DNA of 64,000 nucleotides from Actinomycetota bacterium. Lineage in GTDB: Bacteria; Actinomycetota; Acidimicrobiia; Acidimicrobiales; SZUA-35. Location: positions 9,201-73,200 of the forward strand of contig JBCCVL010000003.1 in assembly GCA_039195375.1 (NCBI GenBank), in the 5' to 3' direction. The translations under genes and the position numbers were made by a program. The notes beneath the pieces were generated by a model, which worked only from the letters and a program-made list of their open reading frames with translations, made no database searches and was not told the origin of the DNA. Below, piece after piece: positions 1 to 10,016 of this stretch; the stretch's first letter is position 1, and every line of letters starts with the position of its first letter.

Positions 1-176
1 GCCGTCGGGAACCCGACCGGTCGGACTACGCTGGGTGCTCGTTGGCCCTTGGCCTCCCTCGAACGTACAACCTCGAACGAACATCCTGTGTGGGCCTGAT
101 GTTCGGAGTGGGCGTGATTCCCCTCCGCCGTCGCTGTTCGAGGACACACAACCAGTCGACCCGTGGTCACTTCTCG

Positions 177-1085
177 ATGCCTCGTCAAACCCGTCCAAGA
201 TCAGCGATGCCGCCCCCGGACGTGACGGGTCCGTCTGCAGACACGGGTTCGTCAGCCGACGGGACGGACGAGGGCGAGCCTGCGATCGGGCGACGCTCGA
301 CGGACCTCGAACGGGTCGAACTCTACGGGCTCCCGATGATCAACGCCGAGACGCTCGACCCGGTGGTCGATGCGATCCTCGGCCCCCAGCAGGACGCCAC
401 CGACCTGTTGCCCGTCGTCGTGACCCCGAACGTCGACATCGTGGTCCACCTCGACCGGAACCAGGACCGGGCCGAGGGCGAGGTCTTCCGTCAGGCCCGT
501 TACTGCCTGCCCGACGGTCAGCCGATCGTCTGGATGTCGCGGCTGCTCGGCCGCCCGCTGAAGGCCAGGCTGGCCGGTAGCGACCTCTTCGCCCGGCTGT
601 GGCCGCTCGTCGTCGAGGACCACGTCGCCACCGTTGTCGTCGCCTCGTCCGAGGAGATCGCCACCACGCTCGCCGCCGAGCTGCCGGCCGCCGGCTTCGT
701 CGTCCCCCCGATGTTCGACGCCGACGACCAGGCCACCATCGACCGGATCGCGGCCGAGGTCCTCGAGGCCTGTCGGGAGGTCCGCCCCCAGCTCGTGCTG
801 GTCGGGATCGGCAACCCGAAGGATGCCAGGATCATCGCCGCGGTGCTCGAACGCTGGGACGACACGAGCTACCCGATGCCGGTCATCATGGGGCTCGGCG
901 CCTCGTTCGCCCTCTACCTCAGCCTGGTCAAGCGGGCCCCGGACTGGATGCAGCAGCGAGGCCTCGAGTGGTTCCACCGGTTCCTCCAGGAGCCGCGGCG
1001 CCTCTTCCATCGCTACTTCGTGCGTGACCTGGCCTTCCTCCCGATCACGGTCGGCGAGTGGCGTCGGGTCCGCAGCTCCCGATGA
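177..1085 (+). CDS. WecB/TagA/CpsF-family glycosyltransferase
   Basis: ORF 42..1085. Family-typical stretches PNVDIVVHL, LPDGQPIVW, VLVGIGNPKDA, GLGASF...RAPDWMQQRGLEWFHRF. Start uncertain: ATG 177 or 207 preferred because the first ~45 codons do not look family-like. Confidence 0.8.
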   Translation: MPRQTRPRSAMPPPDVTGPSADTGSSADGTDEGEPAIGRRSTDLERVELYGLPMINAETLDPVVDAILGPQQDATDLLPVVVTPNVDIVVHLDRNQDRAEGEVFRQARYCLPDGQPIVWMSRLLGRPLKARLAGSDLFARLWPLVVEDHVATVVVASSEEIATTLAAELPAAGFVVPPMFDADDQATIDRIAAEVLEACREVRPQLVLVGIGNPKDARIIAAVLERWDDTSYPMPVIMGLGASFALYLSLVKRAPDWMQQRGLEWFHRFLQEPRRLFHRYFVRDLAFLPITVGEWRRVRSSR

Positions 1086-1990
1086 CCGACGGCGAGGACG
1101 GCTCGGACGCCGGACACCCGGCGGCCGAACGCGTGTCCGTGGTCATCCCCGTCGGTCGGGTCGACCACGAGCTCGGGCTCCAACTGGAGGCGCTCGCCGG
1201 CCAGTCCTACGACCGGTCCTGGGAGTTGATCCTCTCGCTGAACACGCCGGACCAGACCGCCAGAGCGGAGCTGGAGACGCTGGCCGGGACGTGGGCGGAC
1301 GGCGCCCAATTCGAGCCGACGGTCGTCGACTCGTCCGACGTCCGCAGCGCCTCCCACGCCCGCAACGTCGGCGCCTCGGCCGCCAGCGGCGAGCTGCTGG
1401 TGTTCTGTGACGGTGACGACATCGCCGACGTCGACTGGCTCGCCACCATCGCCGGCGCCGTCGACACCGACCGGGCCGTCGGGGGCCATCTCGACGAGAC
1501 CGTCCTCGCCGTGCCGGGCCAGGAGGACTGGCGTCCGCCGGCCACCCCGGACGGCCTGCCGACGTTCCTCGGTCACCCGTACCTGGTCAGCGCCAACATG
1601 GCGCTCCACCGCGCCCACTTCGACGCGGTCGGCGGGTTCGACACCGAGCTGATCCGGGGTGAGGACATCGCCCTGTCGTGGGACCTGATCGAGCGTGGCC
1701 TGACCCTCGAGTACTGCGGCGACGCCGTCATCCACTACCGCCATCGGCGGGGGCTCTGGCCGATGATGAAGCAGCACTACCTCTACGGGCGGGGCTTCAG
1801 CCAGATCCTGGCCCGTCGCGGTGTGCCCGGTCAGGACGGCCGGCCCGGCCTGTCGTCGCTCAAGCCGAACAGCCAGGCGGTGGCTAGGAAGAACTTCCCG
1901 TACGTGGCGCGGCGCGGCTCGATTGCCGTCGGCCGTGTGCTAGGTCTGGTTGACGAGCGGCTGAACCACCGGGCTCGGGCCACCAGCTAG
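1082..1990 (+). CDS. family 2 (GT-A) glycosyltransferase
   Basis: ORF 1058..1990. VSVVIPV at the N-terminus and ARNVGASAASGELLVFCDGDD (DxD region). ATG 1082 overlaps the upstream TGA (ATGA). Confidence 0.8.
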   Translation: MTDGEDGSDAGHPAAERVSVVIPVGRVDHELGLQLEALAGQSYDRSWELILSLNTPDQTARAELETLAGTWADGAQFEPTVVDSSDVRSASHARNVGASAASGELLVFCDGDDIADVDWLATIAGAVDTDRAVGGHLDETVLAVPGQEDWRPPATPDGLPTFLGHPYLVSANMALHRAHFDAVGGFDTELIRGEDIALSWDLIERGLTLEYCGDAVIHYRHRRGLWPMMKQHYLYGRGFSQILARRGVPGQDGRPGLSSLKPNSQAVARKNFPYVARRGSIAVGRVLGLVDERLNHRARATS

Positions 1991-2054
1991 ACTTGTCCGC
2001 TGGCGATCCTGGTCCGGTCGAACCGGAGCAGCTCGACGGCCGAAAGGTTCTGCC

Positions 2055-3812
2055 TTGGAACTCTCATTTGTACTCTCGGCCCTGCGCCGGCGGTTCTGGG
2101 TGGTCTCGCTGTTCGCCCTGCTCGGTGCCCTGCCCGGCCTGCTGACCGACGACACGGTCATCAGCAACGACTACCGGTCGGTCGCCGACATCTCGATCCA
2201 GCAGCCGACGCAGGCCAACGCCGGTTTCTTCACCTCCGACCCCGACCGCTACGTGATCGGTCAGCTGAGCGTGCTGGAGAGCGCCGGGCTGGTGCAGGAG
2301 GTGGCCGACCTCAACAATCTGACACCGTTCGACGTCCGCCAGGCCATCGAGATCGAGCAGCTGCCCGAGACCGACGTGGTCGAGATACGGGCCGTCTACA
2401 CCGACCCGGACACGGCGCGGGGCATCGCCCAGGGCTACGTCGACGCGTACATGAGCACGCTGGAGACCGACCGGAGCGACCAGGACGAGCTCGACCGGCT
2501 CAACAGCGAGATCCAGATCCTCCAGAACCGCCTCAGCGTCCTGAACACGCGCATCCAGGAGCAGATGCAGCCCTACCTCGACGCCCTGCGCCGCGACGAC
2601 CCGCCGCCGCCGGTGCCACAGCCGAGTTCGGTCGACCCGGCTGCGGTGACCGAACGTGACCTGGCCCAGGCCGAGCTGCGCGAGCTCATCTCGCAGAAGA
2701 ACGCCCTGATCTCCGATTCCCGGCTGCGGGTCAACACCCGGGTCATCCAGAACGCCACCCTGCCGACCGAGCCGCTGCCGACCGGTGGCCAGTTCCTCCT
2801 CGCCGGCGGCCTGTTCGCCGGCGCCATGATCGGCGTCGTGGTCGCCCTGACGTGGGCCCGGTTCTCCACCAAGGTCCTCGACGAGGACACCGCATCGGAG
2901 CTGCTCGGCGCCCCGGTCGTGTCGGAGTTCCCGCACTACCGGTCGCTGGCCCGTCAGCCACTGGCCGCCTTCCAGTCACTGCCACGCTCGGCGGTACCGG
3001 TCATCGACCAGTTGGGCGTGCTGGCCGAGGCCAAGGCCAGCATCGACCAGCCACTCGCCGTCGTCGTGGTCGGGACCCAGCGCGGCGCCGGCGCCACCAC
3101 CCTGGCGCTGGCCATGGCCGAGCGGTTCGCCGCCGGTGGCTCGTCGGTCGTCCTGGTCGACGCCGACGTGCGCGACCCCCGGGTCACCGCCATCTTCAAC
3201 GCCACCGCCGACGGTGGCGTCCCGGCCGTGGTGGCCAACGACGGCGCCCTGATCGACCAGCGCGGACGCTCGGTCTTCACCCGCACGATGGACCCCGAGG
3301 TCAGCGTGCTCGGCCTCGGCGCCAACCGGGGGCAGGCGTCGTTGCGGCGTGACACGGTGGCGTCGGTGCTCGAGGCGGCCAGGCGGAAGGCCCAGATCGT
3401 CGTCGTCGACGGCGGTCCCGCCCTCGACCTGGCCTCGACGCTCCAGCTGACCGCCCTGTGCGACGCCGTCGTGCTCGCCCTGCCGCTGTCCCGCCAGAAG
3501 TCCGACCTGCTGGCCGACCTGTCCCGCCAGCTCGGTGGTGTCCGCAACAAGCTGCTCCCGGTCGTCACCTCGCCGGCCCGCCGGGCGGCCCGCGGTGCCG
3601 TCGTCGCCTCCGACGGGGCCATCGCCATGCCAGGGCTCGGCATGTCGCCTCCGCCATCCCAGCCGAGCCAGCCGAGTCAGCCGGCGCCCGGTGGCCCGAG
3701 CGGCCCCGGCCCGGCCGGCGGCATCGCCTCGCCGACGAGCCAGCCCGAGCGGGAGACCGTGATCTACGGCCAGGGTCCCGGGGGCGGCTCGTCCAGCCAA
3801 CCCGGCGCCTGA
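2055..3812 (+). CDS. Wzz-domain / BY-kinase-like protein with degenerate Walker A (possible pseudokinase co-polymerase)
   Basis: TTG start. N-terminal TM plus coiled-coil Wzz-like region, then a second TM. MinD/BY-kinase-like domain VVVVGTQRGAGATTLALA...VVLVDADVRDPRV in which the Walker A lysine position is Ala (3072..3098). PSQPSQPSQP low-complexity tail. Confidence 0.7.
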   Translation: MELSFVLSALRRRFWVVSLFALLGALPGLLTDDTVISNDYRSVADISIQQPTQANAGFFTSDPDRYVIGQLSVLESAGLVQEVADLNNLTPFDVRQAIEIEQLPETDVVEIRAVYTDPDTARGIAQGYVDAYMSTLETDRSDQDELDRLNSEIQILQNRLSVLNTRIQEQMQPYLDALRRDDPPPPVPQPSSVDPAAVTERDLAQAELRELISQKNALISDSRLRVNTRVIQNATLPTEPLPTGGQFLLAGGLFAGAMIGVVVALTWARFSTKVLDEDTASELLGAPVVSEFPHYRSLARQPLAAFQSLPRSAVPVIDQLGVLAEAKASIDQPLAVVVVGTQRGAGATTLALAMAERFAAGGSSVVLVDADVRDPRVTAIFNATADGGVPAVVANDGALIDQRGRSVFTRTMDPEVSVLGLGANRGQASLRRDTVASVLEAARRKAQIVVVDGGPALDLASTLQLTALCDAVVLALPLSRQKSDLLADLSRQLGGVRNKLLPVVTSPARRAARGAVVASDGAIAMPGLGMSPPPSQPSQPSQPAPGGPSGPGPAGGIASPTSQPERETVIYGQGPGGGSSSQPGA

Positions 3813-3894
3813 CCGCCATCGCCGCCGCCCAACCTCGCCCACCACAACCGATGAGCGCCTGAGGGAATGGCGCAGCAGAAGGGATGATGCGCCA

Positions 3895-4695
3895 GTGAGC
3901 ACTCCAGATCCGGCGGACGTACCGGTGGTGATCCTCTGCGGCGGCCAGGGGACGCGCATCCGGGAGGCCTCGGAGAAGCTGCCGAAGCCGATGATCAACA
4001 TCGGTGAGCAGCCGATCCTCTGGCACATCATGAAGTTGTACGGGTCCCACGGGTTCCGCCGTTTCGTGCTGTGCCTCGGTTACAAGGCGTGGGACATCAA
4101 GCAGTACTTCCTGCGGTTCGAGGAGATGATGTCGGACCTGAAGGTGCACGTCGGCGGTGACACCGAGACCGAGTACCTGGAGCGGACCACCCTCGACGAC
4201 TGGGAGGTGCAGCTGATCGACACCGGTCTCGACACCGGCACCGGCGGCCGGCTCGCCGCCGTCGGGCGGTTGCTCACCGACGACTACTTCATGCTGACCT
4301 ACGGCGACGGGCTCGGCAACGTCGACGTCGGGCGCCAGCTCAAGACACTGGCCGGCTCGGACTATCTCGGCATGGTCACCGGCGTGCATCCGACGTCGCG
4401 CTACGGCGAGCTGGGCGTGAGCGGCGACAAGGTCACCAACTTCGCCGAAAAGCCGCCGTCTGATGGCTGGGTGTCGGGTGGGTTCTTCGCCTTCCGCCGC
4501 GAGTTCCTCGGCTACGTCCCGACCGACGAGCCCGAGCACTTCTTCGAGCAGACGCCGGTCCAGGCCATCACCCACGAGGGTCGGCTCGGCCTGTTCGAGC
4601 ACACCGGGTTCTGGATGGGCATGGACACGTTCCGCGAATACACCACGCTCAACGACCTGTGGGCGGCCGGCGATGCCCCCTGGAAGCTCTGGTAG
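3895..4695 (+). CDS. rfbF: glucose-1-phosphate cytidylyltransferase
   Basis: VVILCGGQGTRIREASEKLPKPMINIGEQPILWHIMKLYGSHGFRRFVLCLGYKAWDIKQYF is a close match to RfbF-family N-termini. Confidence 0.9.
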   Translation: MSTPDPADVPVVILCGGQGTRIREASEKLPKPMINIGEQPILWHIMKLYGSHGFRRFVLCLGYKAWDIKQYFLRFEEMMSDLKVHVGGDTETEYLERTTLDDWEVQLIDTGLDTGTGGRLAAVGRLLTDDYFMLTYGDGLGNVDVGRQLKTLAGSDYLGMVTGVHPTSRYGELGVSGDKVTNFAEKPPSDGWVSGGFFAFRREFLGYVPTDEPEHFFEQTPVQAITHEGRLGLFEHTGFWMGMDTFREYTTLNDLWAAGDAPWKLW

Positions 4696-6106
4696 CGAGC
4701 GTCCCTTCGTCAGTCGGCGGAGCGGACGACCCCAGCCACCCAACCTCGTCTTCATCCTGGCCGACGACCTCGGCTGGGCCGATCTCGGTTGCTACGGCGC
4801 CACCGAGATCGCCACGCCGAACATCGATCGGCTGGCGGCGGAGGGGATCCGCTTCACCGACGCCTACGCCGCCTCACCGTGGTGCTCACCGACCCGGATC
4901 GGGCTCTACACCGGTCGCGACCCGGGTCGCCTGCCGGTCGGTCTCGGCGAGCCGCTGCGGATCCGGTCAGACGAGATGGGCATCCCGCACGACCATCCGA
5001 CGCTGCCGTCGCTCCTCGCCGACGCCGGCTACGAGACGGCGATGTTCGGCAAGTGGCACTGCGGCTGGCTGCCCTGGTACAGCCCGCTGAAGATCGGCTT
5101 CCAGACGTTCTTCGGCAACCTCGACGGTGCTGTCGACTACTTCGAGCACATCGGGACGCTCGGCGAGCCCGACCTCTGGGAAGGCGAGACGCCGGTCACC
5201 GAGACCGGTTACTACACCGATCTGCTGTCGGACCGGGCGGCCGAGTGGATCGCCAGGGAGCGCGATCGTCCGTTCTACCTCCAGCTGAACTACACCGCCC
5301 CCCACTGGCCGTGGGAGGGCCGTGGTGATGCCGATGTCGGGGCCGAATTGCGTCGGCGGTACGTCGACGGCGACGACCCGTTCCCGATCCTGCACCGCGA
5401 CGCCGGCTCCCTCGACAAGTACCGGGAGCTGGTCGAGGCGATGGACGACGGGGTCGGCCAGGTCCTCGATGCGCTGGCGTCGATCGGGGCGACCGACGAG
5501 ACCATCGTCGTCTTCACCTCAGACAACGGGGGCGAGCGCTGGTCGAAGAACTGGCCGCTGGTCGGGGAGAAGGGTGATCTCAACGAGGGCGGTATCCGGG
5601 TGCCGTTCGTGTTCCGCTGGCCTCGGGCCGTCGACGCCGGCCAGGTCGCCGACCAGCCGTCGATCACGATGGACTGGACGGCGACGATGCTCGACGCCGC
5701 CGGCACCGGCCCCGGTCCCGACCACCCCCTCGACGGCGTCAGCCTCCTGCCGTGGCTGGTCGACGGCGCCGACTACCCCGAGCACGACCTGTTCTGGCGC
5801 ATCGCCAGCCAGGGGGCGATGCGCCGGGGTCGTTTCAAGTACCTGCGCGACGGTCGCGACCGGGCCCGGCTCGGCAACTGGCCCCGTCGATACCAGCCGC
5901 GGCAAGGCTACTACGACCTGCTGTACGACGTCACCGTCGACGGTCGGGAGAAGGCCGACGTCAGCCGGCACCATCCGGACGTGTTGGCATCGATGAAGGC
6001 GGCCTGGGAGGCCAACGAGGCCGGTCTGCTGCCGTATCCGATCGACCACCCGAACCTGACCCGCCACGCCGGGAACGGACTCCCGGCAGTCAGCGAGGCC
6101 GACTGA
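4673..6106 (+). CDS. formylglycine-dependent sulfatase (arylsulfatase family)
   Basis: ORF 4463..6106. PNLVFILADDLGWADLGCYG and the C-x-P-x-R motif (WCSPTR). ATG 4673 chosen, overlapping the rfbF 3' end by 23 nt. No obvious signal peptide. Confidence 0.85.
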   Translation: MPPGSSGSERPFVSRRSGRPQPPNLVFILADDLGWADLGCYGATEIATPNIDRLAAEGIRFTDAYAASPWCSPTRIGLYTGRDPGRLPVGLGEPLRIRSDEMGIPHDHPTLPSLLADAGYETAMFGKWHCGWLPWYSPLKIGFQTFFGNLDGAVDYFEHIGTLGEPDLWEGETPVTETGYYTDLLSDRAAEWIARERDRPFYLQLNYTAPHWPWEGRGDADVGAELRRRYVDGDDPFPILHRDAGSLDKYRELVEAMDDGVGQVLDALASIGATDETIVVFTSDNGGERWSKNWPLVGEKGDLNEGGIRVPFVFRWPRAVDAGQVADQPSITMDWTATMLDAAGTGPGPDHPLDGVSLLPWLVDGADYPEHDLFWRIASQGAMRRGRFKYLRDGRDRARLGNWPRRYQPRQGYYDLLYDVTVDGREKADVSRHHPDVLASMKAAWEANEAGLLPYPIDHPNLTRHAGNGLPAVSEAD

Positions 6107-6172
6107 CGGCGACGCGACCGCGCCGGTCGCCGGCGCCGGTGGCGGAGCGAACGGGAACGGGAACGGGCAGGA

Positions 6173-8359
6173 TCAGCCGGTGAGCCGGTCGGTCTCGTCG
6201 GCGATCCGGATGCGGATCTCGCCGGTGGCCGGCGACACCGGGGAATGCCCGTCGACGTCGGCGTGCCGGTCCTCTCGCTCATCGACGGCAGGAACCGGCA
6301 CCGTGGCCGCATCGCCGCCGTCGCGGCCACTGCGCCCGCCCCGTTGGCCGTTGGGCGCGCCGCCGCCTGCGCCGTCGCCGTGGTCAGCACCGTTGCCGGA
6401 GCCGTGATCGGGCCTGCGGGCGTGGTGGCCGTTGGCGAGATCGGGGACGGTCTCGCCGGTGTTGCGATCGACGGGGATCCGGCTGCTGGTGCGGCCGATC
6501 GAGCCGGTGGAGACCACCCCGGCGATCTCGGCGCTCGTTCGCAGGTCGATCTCGAGGTCGAACCCCGCCGGCTCGGGGGCGACCGCGGCTCCGTTGCCGG
6601 CCATGCCACGGTCCGACACCGATGTGGCGCCGTTGGCCGGTGCATCGGCCGGTGTCGGATCATGTGCCGCGGTCGACCGCCCTCGCTCGTCCTCCCGTTC
6701 GCGGCGGCCGTCGCCGGCCGGCAGCTCCGCCCGCTCCACCGGGCGTCTGCGTCGGATCCGACCCGTCTCGGTCGGCTCGTAGCCGTACCGGGAGGCGTCG
6801 GACTTCACCCCGACGAGGCAGACGCCGAGCACGTCGGCCCCGACCGCCCGGAGGGCATCGACGGCCTCGGTCAGCTCGTCACGGGCCGTCGAGCCGGCCT
6901 TGGCCACGACGACCACCGCATCGACGTGGCGGGCCATCGACAGGGCATCGGACACCGGCAGGACCGGTGGGGCGTCGAGCACGACGAGATCGGCCTCGCC
7001 CTCGAGCTTGGTCACCAGGTCGGCGAACGACGGTGAGGCAACGAAGTCCGCCGGCGACGGTGGCCGGGTCCCGGTCGGGATGATCACCAGGTTGCGGCGA
7101 TCGTCGTCGACCCGGAGCGCCAGCTTGTTCAGCGGGGTCTGCTGCAAGAGATGATCGGAGAGCCCCGGTTCGCCCCGGCAGCCGAAGACCTGATGGAGTC
7201 GTGGACGTCGGAAGTCGACGTCGGCCAGCACGACCCGGTGGTCGATGGCGCTGAGGGCCCAGGCCAGGTTGGAGGAGGTGGTGGTCTTGCCCTCGGACTG
7301 GTTCGGGCTGGTGATGAGCACCGACGTGATGCGGCGACCGAGCACGGCGAACTCAACCGCGGTGCGGACCTTCTGGTACGCCTCGGCCACCGGCGTGCCG
7401 GTGTGGTTCATCGTGGCCAGCGACAGCTCCCGCGGCCGTAGCTCACGGCCCGGTCGGGGGATGGCCCCGAGCACCGGGACGCCGACGATGTCGTCGACGG
7501 TCTTGATCGACCGGTCGAGGTTGTCTGCGGCCAGCGCCGCGGCCCCGCCGAGGACGAGGCCGATCAGGCCGGCGAGCACGAGGTTGCGGGACAGCGGTGC
7601 GTTGTCGGGCGCCACGGGCGGCGCCGCCGACTGGATGACCCTGGCCGTGCCCGTCCTGGCCAGCTCGCTGTCGAGCTGGAGCTGGGTGATCGTGCGGGCG
7701 ATGGTCTGGATCTGGGTGTCGATCAGCTCGGTCTCGACCGCCAGGTCGAGGTCGATCCTGGCGATCTCGGCCTGCAGCGCGGTCCGGCGGCCGTCGTCGG
7801 TGGTTCGGGTCAGACGCTCCTGCAGCTGTTCGACCTCGCGGCGGAGCTCCTGTCGTTCCGCCCGCAGCTCGACCAGCCTGGCCTCGAAGCCGGCGACGGC
7901 GTCACCGATGTTGGCCGCGGCCTGGTCCTGCTTGGTCGCGACGTAGACCTCGGCCCAGGTGTTGGCGAAGCGGGCGGCGTCGGTTGCCGTCGGCCCGCAC
8001 GACGCGAACCGCAGCACGTCGGCATCCGAGCCCCCGTCGATGGTCACGATCGGCTCGGCGCCGAGCGCCGCCGTCACCTGCTGGCGGACCGGGTCGCTGT
8101 AGGCGATGTTGATCTCGTTGGCCAGGTCGCGGTTGGCCACGCCGACGTTGGCGTCGCCCTGGATGGCGACCTGGGCCTCGGAGTCGGCGATCAGGACCTG
8201 TGCGCTGGCGCAGAAGCGCGGCGCTTGTCGCATGGTGAAGGCGGTTGCCAGGGCCAGCAGGCTGACCAGTGGCAAGAGGACCCAGGACCATCGGCGGCGG
8301 ATGATGCGGAGATAGTCCGAGAGGCCCAGTTCATCGGCGGCGTCGATTGTCTGGGGCAT
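6173..8359 (-). CDS. polysaccharide co-polymerase / tyrosine autokinase (Wzz + BY-kinase)
   Basis: N-terminal LSDYLRIIRRRWSWVLLPL TM plus coiled coil. Canonical Walker A ITSPNQSEGKTTTSSNLA (7283..7309), VVLADVDFRRPRL, VVLDAPPVLPVSDA. RYGYEP tyrosines followed by a ~200-aa low-complexity tail. Confidence 0.85.
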   Translation of the reverse strand: MPQTIDAADELGLSDYLRIIRRRWSWVLLPLVSLLALATAFTMRQAPRFCASAQVLIADSEAQVAIQGDANVGVANRDLANEINIAYSDPVRQQVTAALGAEPIVTIDGGSDADVLRFASCGPTATDAARFANTWAEVYVATKQDQAAANIGDAVAGFEARLVELRAERQELRREVEQLQERLTRTTDDGRRTALQAEIARIDLDLAVETELIDTQIQTIARTITQLQLDSELARTGTARVIQSAAPPVAPDNAPLSRNLVLAGLIGLVLGGAAALAADNLDRSIKTVDDIVGVPVLGAIPRPGRELRPRELSLATMNHTGTPVAEAYQKVRTAVEFAVLGRRITSVLITSPNQSEGKTTTSSNLAWALSAIDHRVVLADVDFRRPRLHQVFGCRGEPGLSDHLLQQTPLNKLALRVDDDRRNLVIIPTGTRPPSPADFVASPSFADLVTKLEGEADLVVLDAPPVLPVSDALSMARHVDAVVVVAKAGSTARDELTEAVDALRAVGADVLGVCLVGVKSDASRYGYEPTETGRIRRRRPVERAELPAGDGRREREDERGRSTAAHDPTPADAPANGATSVSDRGMAGNGAAVAPEPAGFDLEIDLRTSAEIAGVVSTGSIGRTSSRIPVDRNTGETVPDLANGHHARRPDHGSGNGADHGDGAGGGAPNGQRGGRSGRDGGDAATVPVPAVDEREDRHADVDGHSPVSPATGEIRIRIADETDRLTG

Positions 8360-8414
8360 AGGTTGTGACTGCAGTGTAGATCGGGTCGCTCCCCGGCCAG
8401 GGGAGCAGATCCGA

Positions 8415-10016
8415 TCAATTCAGCGAGGGTTCGCCGCTCTCGACCGGGTCGGAGAGGGGCGGGAGGTCGGCGGCCTCTTCGGCCGCCGCCAGGCGGGCCC
8501 GGTTCCGGTCACGCAGGTCGATGACCTGACCGCGCTCGCCGTCGCCGCCGGCGCCCCGGATCCCGTCGACCTGCTGGTTCGAGCGGCGTCGGACGAGGCG
8601 GAGCGGGAGGAGGGCGAACGTCACGATGACCTGCTCGGCGGTGGCCAGCAGGATCCGCAGGTCGAGCCCGATGTTCCAGTTCTCGACGTAGTGCAGGTCG
8701 AGGCGGCGGTAGGCGTTGAAGGCGGCGTTCGACCTGGCCTCGACCTGCCACAGGCCGGTGATGCCGGGGCGGACCCGGTTGCGGTCCCGCAGCTCGTCGT
8801 CGAAGGCCTGGACCTCCTCGGCCAGCGCCGGGCGGGGACCGACGAGGCTCATGTCGCCCTTGAGGACGTTGAACAGCTGGGGGAGCTCGTCGATCGACGT
8901 CTCGCGGATGATCCGACCGACCCGGGTGATGCGAGGGTCGTTCGACACCTTGAACAGCGGTCCGGTTCGCTCGTTCTGGCCTTGGATCTCGTCCTTGCGC
9001 TGCTCGGCGTCGACGACCATGGAGCGGAACTTGTACATCGGGAAGAAGTTGCCCCGACGGCCGGCTCGGCGGGCGGCGTAGACGATCGGGCCCCGGTCCT
9101 CGGCTTTGATGGCGAGGGCGGCGGCGATCATCAGCGGCGAGAACACGAGGATGGCCACCGAGGCACCGACGACGTCGAGCACCCGCTTGGCGAAGTGCTG
9201 CCACGCCGGTGGCTCGTTGCGGCCCATGACGATCAGGGGTTCGTGGGCGAGCGAGCGGACGTCGAAGCGGCCCTCCCACATGCGGCTGACGCCGGTGGTC
9301 AGATGCACGTCGTAGCCCGAGCCGAACAGCTCCTTGGTGATGTTGCGGAACTGCTCGGACCGGAAACCGGTCGCGGTCACGATGGCGCCGGTCACCTGGT
9401 GCTGGTGCATCAGCTCGACGAGGCGCCCGGTCGGACCGATCCAGAGGTCGGCCAGCCCGTTGCGCTCGGAGACGCCGAGGTTGCCGACGATGCCAGCCAA
9501 CTCGAAGCGGGCCTCCGGGTGGTCGATGATCAGCTCGGCCAGCTCCTTGGCCTCGACGCCGGCGCCGACGACGACGACCCGCTCGGCCGTCGTCGTGCTG
9601 GGCATCTCGTTGCCGAGGGTGCGGACGACACCACGCAGGAGCATCCGGGCGGCGAACACGCTGATGCCGCCGATGATCAGCTCCCAGGCGCCGATCTGCC
9701 AGTCGAGGAAGGCGGCGGCGACGGCCAGGCTGGCCGTACCGCCGAGCACGGCGACCATGACCCGAGAGATCTCGTCGGTCCGGGGGAGCGTCGGACGGCC
9801 CTCGTACAGGCCCCGGCGCTCCATGATGAGCAGCGTCACGGCGGTGACGACCAGGGTGAGCGCAATCGAGCGCTCGTTCGAGCGGATGATCTGCTCGGTG
9901 ATGTTGGAGACCACGAGCACGAGGCCCCAGCCGACCAGCACGGTCACCAGGTCGATGGAGAACTGGATGTTGGCCGGCGACGGTGCTCGGTTCAACGGTC
10001 CGACTCGTTGCAGCAC
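8415..10016 (-). CDS. exopolysaccharide polyprenyl glycosylphosphotransferase (large WbaP/WcaJ type)
   Basis: ORF 8415..10277. C-terminal sugar-transferase domain FPMYKFRSM...GPLFKVSNDPRITRVGRIIRETSIDELPQLFNVLKGDMSLVGPRP, several N-terminal TMs. The first ~85 codons use rare A/T-ending codons, so GTG 10016 (or TTG 9995) is preferred as start. Confidence 0.85.
   Translation of the reverse strand: MLQRVGPLNRAPSPANIQFSIDLVTVLVGWGLVLVVSNITEQIIRSNERSIALTLVVTAVTLLIMERRGLYEGRPTLPRTDEISRVMVAVLGGTASLAVAAAFLDWQIGAWELIIGGISVFAARMLLRGVVRTLGNEMPSTTTAERVVVVGAGVEAKELAELIIDHPEARFELAGIVGNLGVSERNGLADLWIGPTGRLVELMHQHQVTGAIVTATGFRSEQFRNITKELFGSGYDVHLTTGVSRMWEGRFDVRSLAHEPLIVMGRNEPPAWQHFAKRVLDVVGASVAILVFSPLMIAAALAIKAEDRGPIVYAARRAGRRGNFFPMYKFRSMVVDAEQRKDEIQGQNERTGPLFKVSNDPRITRVGRIIRETSIDELPQLFNVLKGDMSLVGPRPALAEEVQAFDDELRDRNRVRPGITGLWQVEARSNAAFNAYRRLDLHYVENWNIGLDLRILLATAEQVIVTFALLPLRLVRRRSNQQVDGIRGAGGDGERGQVIDLRDRNRARLAAAEEAADLPPLSDPVESGEPSLN

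Noticed and set aside
3656-3685. 9-bp cagccgagc-type triplet repeat (PSQPSQPSQP)
   Set aside because: It is in-frame low-complexity coding sequence at the tail of the Wzz-like protein, not an independent repeat element.
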